A stretch of 64,000 nucleotides of DNA from Botryllus schlosseri. Lineage: Eukaryota. Below, piece after piece: positions 10,701-22,700 of the stretch; positions within the stretch are counted from its first letter, which is position 1; every line of letters starts with the position of its first letter. The notes beneath the pieces were generated by a model. It was not told the DNA's origin and did no database searches. It saw only the letters and a list, made by a program, of their open reading frames with translations. Where the stretch lies: assembly GCA_051294905.1 (NCBI GenBank), contig CM119371.1:41356001-41420000 (forward strand), given 5' to 3'. A program made the translations under genes and the position numbers.

Positions 10701-13700
10701 ATAGGTTCAGAATCAATGACCACTCAATCTGTATTTCAGACAGCTAGTACATGCAATAACGTAAGCATGTCTCATACTTCGAAAAGGCAACTTGACTTGA
10801 ATTGTGACTTGACTCGTGACTTGACTTGACTTGATTCGACTTGACTCGAGTCACCTCCAAAAATCGAGTGACTTGACTTGACTCGAGTCAACTTCGAAAA
10901 TCGATTGACTTGACTTGACTCGAGTCAAAATGTGCAATGACTCGAAATGACTCGTGACTCGAAGGTAGTGACTTGATCCCAACACTGGTACATTGTGCAT
11001 TTTGAGATAACATATTGGAACCATTTGACTGATCCGGCCCGCGAGCGGTTTGAAGATTTGAATCCGGCCCCTGCTTTAGACTCTCTGCGAAGTGCTGCTT
11101 ACTATTCAGCCCACTTCTGTGGAAGCTGAAAGAGCATTCAATGCATGTGGACACTTCGTTAGAAATTCCGGTCCCGGCTACAGGATGCCACAAATGATGC
11201 ATTGTGTTTTATAAGGAGGGCGTTGCAGAAGCAGTAAACATTCAATTTGCTCTACAATAACACCGCGTAATGATTTTGCGATCCGTTTTTCATGCAGACC
11301 TCATGAAATCGATTGTCTCACTTAGCAGTTATTATCAGGTGAACCAGTTGGATAAATTCCGAATATTCGGATATATCCGTTATCTGGATAGGGAAAATTA
11401 TTGATATCCGAACTAACCCTATATGAGACAACCCTGTTACCAGCTACTAATTCAGTTAGTTCACGATCACCTAACTGCGTATTTTTGAGTACTTTTATTT
11501 CTATTTCTAGATACGGATTTTGAAACGTACTTATACCTCTAGTTCTAGTTGCGTATTTAAATAACATTGCTAACGAACAACTACAAAACTCCTCTCAGAA
11601 ACTAAGAGTCACAACTACTAATAATAGGCTACTGTAGCCAAGAGATGAGTATCGCGGATCGAAATATCTAAAATATTTAAAGATATTGTTCCAGTGATAG
11701 TTTTGAGTTCATAAAAGTGAGTGGTTCTAGCTCTAGATCTAGTTGCGTATTTTGAAAGGCAAGTCGAGTCGATTAGATGACGCATGTGACGGTGCTGAGT
11801 AGTTTTATTCTTCGAAGTCAGTGAAACTACCCCATCCCAATAACAGGGTACAGCTACACTGCAACTATTCGATGTATAAACGAAACTAATGGCGCACGTT
11901 ACGATCGGAGTTCTCTTGAACAAAATAATTGTTCTGTTTCATGGGGATCGGTGCCGCATGTGTGAGTCCCATGACACAGTGACTTTTCTTAAAAAACAAC
12001 TGCACTGTAAAGGTGTCTGCATCGCTGCTCAGCCCTAGTATAGAAAGGAATCAACTTCAAACCGTACCCCAAACCCTAACTGTAAAACTACATAAATATT
12101 AGCTTCAATCTAAATGAGTGCTCAAGACCTGATACCACAAAACTGCGAGTTGGTGTAGCCCAGGGGTGGGCAAACTTTTTAGCTCGCGGGCCACATTCAA
12201 CGTTTGAATGCATTTGCGGGCCGCACTATATAAAATCGAGATGATCAGCCAAAATATTGTTATTTGATTATATAGTGACCGATGACATGAAAATGATATA
12301 CAGGCATTTGTGTATTTAAAACAAACCAAACATTGATCTGATGATAACGTTAGGGTTACCGAGGACGCCTGAACGTCCTCCTTTCGGCAAATCATCCTCC
12401 TTTACAGCTTCTACAGCTAAACTAATGGACAAATTCGAGTGGAAATTGGCATAAATGACGATAAATATCAAAGATTGACGTTCGAGCGGGGAATTCGCGG
12501 TCAGATCGAAAGTGACGACCTTTTTTTTTAGTCAACACCACTAAGTTTAGGTAAAATGTGTGTAAATCGAAAGTAGAACGAAGTGATGACCTTTTTTTAT
12601 AGTCAACTCACCAAATTTTATAGCAAAAATAGCGAAATCGAATGTTTTCAGTCTTGATCAACTAACTTTTCTGATTTGTTAAAATTGTCCTCCTTTCCCG
12701 GTTCCAAAATGTTGTGGTCTGAATTGAGGCAATTACGCTTCATTTTCTGTGATCACCTTTTAAAGTGCATGGGCACCGAGGTCGGGATATCGCGCCTTCA
12801 ATGAAATAAAAAAAAATACTATGGTAAGAATATATCTTATCATTATCCACAGTAATTTGATTTTTAGTACGAATTTTATCATTATCTTGAAACGTTTTCT
12901 TGAGGCTTTCGAGGGCTGTACAAAACGATGTTGCGGGCCACATGTGGTCTGCGGGACGTAGTTTGCCCACCCCTGGTGTAGACCAAAGTTGGTCTGTAAC
13001 GAAGTACTTTTTTGGAGTAGTCGGGGGTAGATTTTCCCCACTTACACCAAGTGGTTACTTTGACCACCTCTGACCATGTCGTGCGCCTTAGGGTCTGAAG
13101 GCAACTGCAATAACTGGACAGTAATGGATAAGTAGCGAAACGTCAGTAATCTAGATCGGATCTAAGGGGGGAAATGTTGCTACGCTCTAATTATTCTTAT
13201 CTAACTGCTGGTTTGCTGAAAATGTTACAGGAGAAGTATATAGGGTGTAAAGGGCCAGGTTTGGTGTACAGTAGGATTGTTCAAAAATAACTCTTTTTTC
13301 GGGATTCCGAGGATTCACTGACTGAATGATAGGTTTCCTAAATCAATCGTGCAGGTCAAATTTGGCTCGACTCTCCCACTGGTAGATGTGAACGCACAGG
13401 ATTTGAAAAAAAATTGAATTTATTTAAAAAAATAAAATATTTTTTTCATATTGTACTGTCAACCCCACGAAATTGTTGAGCTGCCTGCAAAAACGACGTA
13501 AAACAAATTTGACGCAATTCCAACCAGTAGAAGCAAAGTCATTTGAGTTTTTCGTTGATAATTCTGTAAGTACCCACCGTCCATAAGCTATTTCTGCAAA
13601 TCCAGAATTTTCAACGGCAATAACTTCGCTTCTATCGGTTGGAAGTGAGCAAAAATTGATAAGCATCGTTCTTTAGACAAAATAACATTTTCACGGGGTT

Positions 13701-16700
13701 AAAAGTAAAATTTTATCTTTTCAATTTCTGCATAATAAATTCAAGATTTTCAAACTCATGTGCGTTCAAATCTGCGAGTTGGATTCAAGCCAAATTTGAT
13801 GTGCAGCATTTCTTTAGGCATTCTAACAATTTAATCAGTGAATCCGCGGAATCCGGAAAAAAAATTTTTGAACAACCCTAGTGTACAGACGTTTTATATT
13901 TTCATGCTTATGAGATTTTTCGTTATTTTTATTTCTAATTCAGAAGTTAATTCTCTTTAATTCAAAGTTTTTTTTATGAATTCAGTAATTATGATTATGA
14001 TTTAGTTTGGAAAAAAGATGAAAATTTTCTTGTTTTTAAATTCTGATTGATAGTTTTTGGCAAAGAAATTGTTCGGGGTGTAATGTCAGCACGGCGGCGA
14101 ATTGCATGCGTGGCTTCATACCTGTGACGGAAATAGTAAAAACTAGGACCTCGCCAGGACCCCCCAAAATGTTGGTCTTGGGCCCCCATATAGATTGATA
14201 AAACAAACTTCTGGGGGTTTTCGCCCTCAATACCCACATTCCTGCCGCCCCTTTACACCACTACGAAGGCGACAGTTTCAATATATACACTGTGAATATC
14301 ATGTGTGTATGCGAAAACAAAATCGAGCTCGCTACTTAATTTACTTAATCGATAATATTGGTCCTTTATAATGTTATTATTTTTATCCTCTCTCACACAG
14401 CGTGATCAGATTTACCGCCTGAACTGTTGGTATCAAATTGTAAAGACATAAGTATTTCAGTACAGCCGTTTAGGCAGCTATGGACTATGGACTACCGTAC
14501 ATCGAAGATTCCGGCCAATTTCGGTCGCATTTTTCTCGCCACCAATCTTTTGGCAGCACATTTCACTGAGTCGCGAGTTAGCCTTAACTTCTGATGTGTT
14601 TGGGCAAATCAGGAAATGTCGCAACAATAAATCTCGACAGAAAATGTTCAAGTGTAATACATCTCTCATAAATAGCCCTTAGTTTTGGTGCATTTGCGTA
14701 ATAATTTTGGGCCCCCTTCGAGCTCGCCCCCCCCCCCCCCGATTGGGGTGTTTGGGATGCGACAGTTACGTCCCTGGCGACAACCTCAGGTCACATAGCC
14801 ACCAAGTCAAAGGCCGCCTTTTAATACAATCCTTAGATTTCAAGTCGTCGTAAATAAGTATTACAGTTTCGCGCAATATGAGAGTTGTAACGTGGTACCG
14901 AAAATATGCGTACCGGCGCAATTCTATACTGGAATATTGTCCAAATATACAGTTCAAGGTGGCGAAAATGGTTTTAAAAAAATGACATTCAATAACGAAA
15001 CCATTGTTAAATGCTTACATTTTTTGTGCTAGGAAAATGTATGCCAGTATACAGAAGATTCGCTCACTGACGTCATGTCTACTATCAAAAATTTATCTTC
15101 CAAATACGAACAATCGACTGCCACCGACGTGAATAAATTTATCGATATTTATCATGACATTTCGCACAGCGTCGAGAAAAATAAAATCAAGGTAAGCAAG
15201 TCCACTAATTTACTACAATGCGTCCTTCATTATGATGAATAATTTTGCAAACATTGTGAGACGGTAGTCCTAAATATTTGATCATTGTGCAGTATGCATA
15301 AGGAGCTGATTGCAGGTTGCTGGTTGCAGAGTACCGTCTGCCTTGGTAATTTCGTAGATAATTATCGAGAAACTTTTCTTTCAGGTTTCGGAATCAGCAA
15401 TGATCAATATTATATGGGCGACGGATAATCTACGCAAGGCTGTGCAGAGTGTGCACCTAATCGCAGGAGATCAACTTGAGAATGCTGAAAGCACAAAACT
15501 ATTAAGATCCTTGGAAATCTTTGCGGACAACATCGTGCTTACACAGAACGTCTTAAATATCAAGTCAGGGTCCGTGACATTTCTGGTGAGTAACCACTGT
15601 CACCTAAAAGTAGAGGCGGCACTGGTACGGACACGACTCCCTGTCCTTGTGACTCTGTATTACGTTCCTACTAGACAACAACAATGGTTGCGCTATATCA
15701 ACACAAGATTTGATAAAACTAGGGTTACCGGATTTTGATTTCTGAAACCGAAGACATTTTTCAAATATTCTGAAAGTCCTAGCACCGGAAGAGAAAGTCG
15801 GTGATTTTGAAAAATTTTCGACCAATAGCACTGCGTTGACTAAAATAAAAGGTCATCACTTTGACTCGACTCCCGAAATACCCGTTTTTTTGCGCTGCTT
15901 GTCTTGCCAACTCTGACCTTCGCTTCGTTGGAGTCGGGTTTTTGATCGCATTTGAATACTTTTTCTAGAAAAAGAGAGCAAATTTCCCCAAAAGAGGACA
16001 AATCGGAGAAAGTATGGTAACCCTAGCTAGATAGAACTCTTACCAATCACTAGATGCAGTCGTGCAACTATGTAGAGACTTCAATACTAGTATCCCTTTG
16101 AGACCCTTGATACTAACTTTCCACGGAGCCAGATTGCTGTAATCCCCTTTCCTTCCAATGACCGTATATTGGATTGTATAACTCCAGCAATACAGTAATT
16201 ACGACTTACAAGCCAACCTTGCAGTATTAGAGTGGTTAATGAAAACATTATGTTGCCATCGAACTGTAGGCTCAAAAAGTCGACGGACGATCATCGGTTG
16301 ATTTTACCGACGCGCCAACCAGCGTTAGTAAAGGAAATCAGCGCAACATCACTGCTCGCGTGCCTCAGTCGGCGCTTGGGACACCGACTAATGCGTCGCG
16401 AAATGCTGTGTTCTTCCTGCATAAAGACACGACACTATTTCCGAATAGTGACGAAGAGAATGCAGAGATGAGTGAGGTAGTCTAATTTAAAACGATGAAG
16501 CCCATTCGTTATTTCATTCATATATAATTCAAAACAACATCGCAAGTCTTTGATATAATATATATGATATAGCAGAGTTGGAACATCCTCACTCCGTAAA
16601 CTCAATTATGACTAGAGCCCGACCGATATCGGTTCGCCGATAATATCGAGTCGATATTACAGTTTGAAAGAATTATCGGTATCGGAAATGGGAGGTGAAA

Positions 16701-19700
16701 AAGATAGGCTATTTTCGTGACGCCACAGCATGATGGTAGGTAGGAAGTCAGTGAACTATATTCCTTGACCGCTAGACTGGAAATATTGCTATATTTCGGA
16801 TAGCTTACATTTTCAAGGTGCCCAGATGCAGCCTTTTCAGTCTATTTCATGTTCAAGTATGACAATGTCTGTAAAGATGTTGAAATAAATGCTCTGAAGT
16901 ATTGAAAATTCGCCTTTGAGGCAGATTCCCTTTATTTGAATATCGGCTGAATATATCGGTGTTTTCGGTGAAGGTGTTAGATATCGGTTTTATCGGTATC
17001 GGCCCAAAAATACGATATCGGTCGGGCTATAATTATGACCATATTTCCGTGAGTTGTAAAATAACCTACTTCTATCTTTTGCTATCAATAGTTTTTTTTT
17101 ATATTGTTGATATAAATAGTTCTTTGGAAATCTCTACTATAGTTGCTGAAGATTATATAGCCCTGATGAATAACAGCCGAAAGTATTCAGGTTTATTCAA
17201 TATGAGTATACTATTCTATTGCTTGCATAAGTAGGCCTAATTGCTTCACATTTGTTCAGGTGCTCAGTATCCAGATTACAAACACAACACTGCAAAACCT
17301 TCCTGAGCCCATCAAAATATCATTTCCGCTTTTCAAGCAGATATCCGGCAAAAACGAAGAAGTCGTAGTATCTTCGGTAACATGAAACTTAATCATGACA
17401 ACCTCGAGCTTCGTAGTTTTAACTACAATGATTTGCAGCAGGCAAGTGCAAGTGGGTGCAATTATACGACCCAGCGGTGTGCATTTCTCGACTTTGAAAC
17501 TGTGAATTGGAATTATAGCGGCTGTGAAACTCAAGACGGAGATACGTCAGAATATGTGACTTGTATTTGTAATCACGCGACCAATTTTGCTGTGTTAGTG
17601 GTAAGAATCTTTCGCTATGACGAAAAATTGTGCACGCGATACAGAAAATCCTGCGAGTATACCTGAAATTTGGATTCAGAAAACAAACAACGTCAAAAAC
17701 AGTTACGTCTTGGATATTGTCGGGGAGATTGGATGCATTTTGTCAATCGTTGGGTTGTTGTTGACGATTTTCACATACTTATATTTTAGGTAAGTCGTTT
17801 CTATGTAATTCACACTAATTGGTCAATCGCTTTCACATTTCTGCTGCTGAATGAGGCTACTTTACCTAATCAAAATTGTTAGAAGTAGAAGTAGAATTAT
17901 TTCGTTGCAGATCACCTCTGCTACTAATATTGCACGCATCGCTTCTCCCACTTTTCTAGATTTTTGGAATATATATATTTTCAGATCTCTCCGAAAAAAT
18001 AAGTTGAACCAGATCCACTTACACCTGTGCTCCTCGTTAATGGTCGGTTACCTGACATTTCTGACCGGAGTAGAGAGACCGCGCGCTTATGTTCCATGCC
18101 TCGTAGTGACTGCCGTCCTGCAATTCTCATTCCTTTCGGCATGGGGATGGATGATCACGGAATTTTACGTCATGTACAGGTTAGTGTTATGTTATGTATG
18201 CGTGTGTGTGACGTACTATTTCCAGAGTTGCAACTAAGTCAACGGTTACGAGTCACAAGTCAATTTCACTCGTATGGTGTTGATTCGAGTCAAGTCGAGT
18301 CAGTGGCGAGATATAGCGTATGGTAAAATCCCCAGCTGCAACACACATGGGTTAAGGGTTCTAGTCCGATCGGGCTCGACCCCAGAATTCCTACCTAAGT
18401 GTTGGTGAATATACTACAAACATCAACTCACCACCGAATCAAGTACGAGTCCAAGTCGGGAAGCAGACGGTCAAGTCCGAGTCATAGTGCTGCAGTGTTG
18501 GGATCAAGTCACTACCTTCGAGTGCCGAAAAAATAACCTTTTGATAGTCAAACACCTGTAAACGTGAAGGAAAAACTGTATCTGGGGCCCTTGGCGAGAA
18601 AGTTTGCCTTTTTTTAGTCAACTGACCACCAATTGGGAAAAATTTACCATTTTCTTAAGATTTTGCTCCGGAATTGTGGGTTTGAAAATTTTGAAAAAGT
18701 GCCCGCCTTTCCTGATTTCAAAATATCGTATAACCCTATACTATATTCCATTTTAAGGAAATTCATCAGGGTGTTCGAAGACATCCACGGACGGTTTGTG
18801 TTTAAGGCCAGTATTCTGGTGTACGCCGCTTCGCTGACGACCACCGCCATTACATTCTTGGTTGCTTTTACCATTGGCGATACTGTAGATGGTTGGATCC
18901 CGTCCAAGGACAACGGTTCGTAAATGCTTTATTTTTGGAGCTTAATATTAGCAATAGTTCTAAATATAGCTATAACTATACGTATTACAAGTGTATGAGG
19001 ACTCTAACTTGGTGGATCTTTGAACTACCTAATAGTTTGGAGAGGAGCTTGCGTGTATATTAACGTCCAATGCTTGAAAAATTAGTATACACCGTAGGCC
19101 TACTATTATGAAAAGTCGTCACTCATTTAAATATGATGTGATATTTGGATCCACGAATTGCTCGAATGAAATCCAGGGGTTGTCGGCAAAGAAGTACCTT
19201 CACTTTTTCGAAGTATTTAAGTAGGTTTTGCTCTACTTGCACGAGCACTTATGTTTGTAGACTACTTCCACTTCTCCTTAGCATATAGTTTTCAGTTTTT
19301 TTAGCAAAACTGTATAGTAAGCTACTAAAATACTTACTTGGTACTCAAGTAAAAATAGATGTAGCCTAACGTCGTAAATCTATGTACTCAGTCGCAATTA
19401 GAAGTAGCGAACCCGCCGTAAGTAGAAAAGCAGGTATTTTAGGCCTGTTTTCGGTAAGGCTGATAGAAGATGATATCTTGTCCAGATCCGTTGTGCTGGA
19501 AATCATCGTACGCGGGCGACAGGCTCTGTTGGCTGCACTCGTATGCGTTGTATTTCGGGTTCCTGGTACCTGTTGGGATTATGTTCGCCATCAATTTCGT
19601 GGGGTTCATAATAATCATGCACAAGATCATCCGGAAGAGGCCAAACGTAAGATTTCATTCCATCGTACATACGTGGATATAAGTCACACAGGTCAAATGA

Positions 19701-22700
19701 GATTCTCAAATCATACGTCTCATTTATAGGCTATATAACTTTTCATGTGAAATCTCCTGTGATATGTAATTGTTATGACATTTTTCATTTCCAAATTTGG
19801 AAATATAAAAATGTTGTTTGTTGCGATATTACCGTTGTGTACCTCTAAAAGCCTACTTTTACTGCAATTGAGTATTCAATAATTGATCATGTGACTTTAT
19901 ATCCCAATAAACCAAAACCCTAGACTTAACACGAGCCCACATTCTCAATTATCGAGTGGTCACATACGGACGAGCCCTGTCGAACACAGCGGCATACAGT
20001 ACCAATTACGCAAGTGTTCAACGCCACGGTTGTTGTTTAGTATTTGTAGTGTTTCGGCGTATATGGTCAGTTTACGCTGAACCGATTTTCCTATTATGAT
20101 CCCAATGGGGCGATATTGCGGTATAGGGAGCGAAAATATAGCGAAGCGGCGATAGGAGGCGATGGCGCGTTAAACGGCTATTTCGGAGTCAAGTCGGAGA
20201 AATGACTTTTTTTTAGTCAACTCACGAAGATTTAGCTGTAAAAGTGTAATTTTGAGGCCAACCCGAAAAGTTGACCTTTTTTCATTTGTCAACTCGACGG
20301 TGATTACAGTTTGTATGCTCATTTTCGGTTCCCAATATTTCGGGGGCGATGACTCGAAAAAGGTTGGGTACCACTGGTTTAAGGCTTTTTGTGTGCCACT
20401 GAATATCGATTAGGAGCCTATATGAAACTCTAGCAATTATGAAGGGATTTGCGCTCTTACCTATATAACTATAACCATTGGTTTCACAGCAGGTTAACGT
20501 ACCACTACCCTACTAAAGTCACCTTCCAAAGTCAGGGCCGTAAAGTGAAACAAACTTGTTACCTTGTTTATCTTCACTCTATGTGATTAATGATCTAAAT
20601 CTAAATGCTCTTAAAATGCCACCCCAAAACGAATTCCTTCGTATAGGAAACACGGAAACTCAATTAACCCGATAGTTCTGTGTATATATCACGCCAAACC
20701 TTATTATCAACGCGTATATTGAGGTCAATGATGAATCAAATTACCACGCAGTAAGCATTCTATGTAAAGTAGGCTATGTTAGGCGTGCGGATGCTCATTG
20801 CATCCTATTATAACTATAAATCATACACCATCGTTTTCATTTGCAATTCCATTGTCTTGAATGGTCTCGCGTCGGACAGAATTGAGTGGCGGATTTATTC
20901 GATTTCGTATTAAGCTTCGATTCGAGTCCGGCATTTGGGTAACGCTCATTACGCCATCATAACAGATTTGGAAAGTTCAAATATGTATATTTAAGCCCCC
21001 GGAAAGAATATGATATCAAGCCGTTACGCTGCACATTACAAGATAATTCAAGATTGTTTCGACCCTAACTATTTCATTGCGCTTCGTGGGAATGTAGCGT
21101 ATTTTACTCTGTATCACAGAACTGTCGGTTCCACGAACGTGCGTTGTCTGCGCTACATGCGTTGCATACTGTGCTACAACGTTATAGATTTCCCGTTGAT
21201 GATATAACTGTAAGTGGAAAGTGTCGTGTTTAATTTCAGTACCTGAAAAGAATAGCGTCTCACTAGACTAGACTCAAATCATTACGGTAAATACTGGATC
21301 CGCATTCTCAACCCAATATAGTCATACGCAATGCTCCCTCTAATTTTTGACGAGTGTGCGCTCACTCACCAACTCACTGCGCAGACCCTTGGGCAACAGT
21401 GCGTAACGAATAAAAAAAGGTCATCACTTCGGATTTTTTGTGCGCAACTTGGATTTTCTGTGCGCAGAGACCGTGTCACCACTGCGCATTTGCGCACGTG
21501 CGCAGCTTGAAGGAAACATTGGTCATACGATATAATGTTCTATCTACTCCTGTCCGCAATTATATGAACGACGGGACAGTAAACAAGTTCGTAATAAGCT
21601 ACACTTATCATTCACGCACCGCACAGTGTAGAAATGCTTATTGCTCTGTATCAGACTTGGACAACTAGATAATTCCAATTGTTTAACTAGTCTAATTAGA
21701 GCGAAACGTTGGCAATGTAATTTTATTCTAATTTCTCAGATGTTTCAATGCTTTAATTTTAATTCCAATCAATATTCTGGTTTACTGAAAATGTTACAAA
21801 AACTGTATAGTGTGATTTAATCCGAGCTTGCTGTAAAGCCATTTGCAATTTCTATGAACTGTGGCTTAATATGAACTGAACTTAATTCTTGTCTATCTCA
21901 TTCGGAACTAGATTGAATTTCCAAGTTTTTGCGAATTCATTACTTCTAATTTAATTTGAAAGAGCTCAAAATTCCTTAGTTTCCCAACTTCACCCATAGT
22001 ATGAACGATCGATTTTTCGTAATAACACCGTCCAATATAATATCAGCATGGTCGCCAAGCCGGTAAAGACCCAGAGTTGAAGGATCAGCTAATCCGAGTG
22101 TTTCTGATACCGAGTTTGCTCGGCGTGACTTGGATGTTCGCCGTGCCTCTCACGCTTTCAGAAGACGAGATCGTAAACGAAACGTTCAGCTGGCTATTCT
22201 CCATCGGAAACGCATTCCAGGTAAACATAGAGTAGAGATATACGGATCATGGTTTTCAGGAATTCGGATCCAATCATGTTTAATAAAATTCCATCTTTAA
22301 TGCTAAAATCCGGATCTAAAATAATCCTGCCACGATCTGATCGCATCCATTGGCCCCTTAGTCGATATTTTTCAAATTGTACCTCGGCAAAGCATGGGAG
22401 TTTGCTATTAAGGGTTCTCCGAGTTTGTGGTGCAATGCAAAAACTAACCAGGTCGAAGTTCCCACAAAACATTGATGTGAATTGTAAACAATCAGAAAGA
22501 CACTTTAAAGCAGTGTTGGGATCAAGTCACTACCTTCGAGTCACGAGTCATTGCACATTTTGACTCGAGTCAAGTCAAATCAATCGATTTCCAAAGGTGA
22601 CTCGAGTCAAGTCAAGTCACTCGATTTTTGGAGGTGACTCGAGTCAAGTCGAGTCAAGTCACGAATCAAGTCGCATTTCACGTGAAGTTGCCTTTTCGAT

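Larger units (their letters stand above)
7384..11421 (+). mobile_element. hAT deletion derivative with transposase remnant, hosting three nested insertions
   Basis: TIR TAGGGTTAG / CTAACCCTA, TSD CATGAGAC/TATGAGAC. Remnant LCEVLLTIQPTSVEAERAFNACGHFV...SRLQDATNDALCFIR at about 11083-11216 matches the hAT dimerisation domain. Confidence 0.85.

Noticed and set aside
10056..10975. Regularly repeated GACTCGAGTC/GACTT units resembling a CRISPR-like array
   Set aside because: No unique spacers and no cas genes. They are subterminal repeats of TIR- and TSD-bounded elements in eukaryotic DNA.
14390..14600. Possible missing HormR exon in gene A after the pyrimidine tract ending CACACAG
   Set aside because: The phase-1 reading hits TGA immediately, no Cys/Trp pattern is present, and there is no clear counterpart in gene B.
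17377..17408. Apparent 29-32 nt micro-intron ending in GAG before LRSFNY (also 44495-44523)
   Set aside because: A canonical CAG acceptor with a TTTAAC branch-like site lies slightly downstream in the same phase in both genes, giving ordinary 62-65 nt introns.
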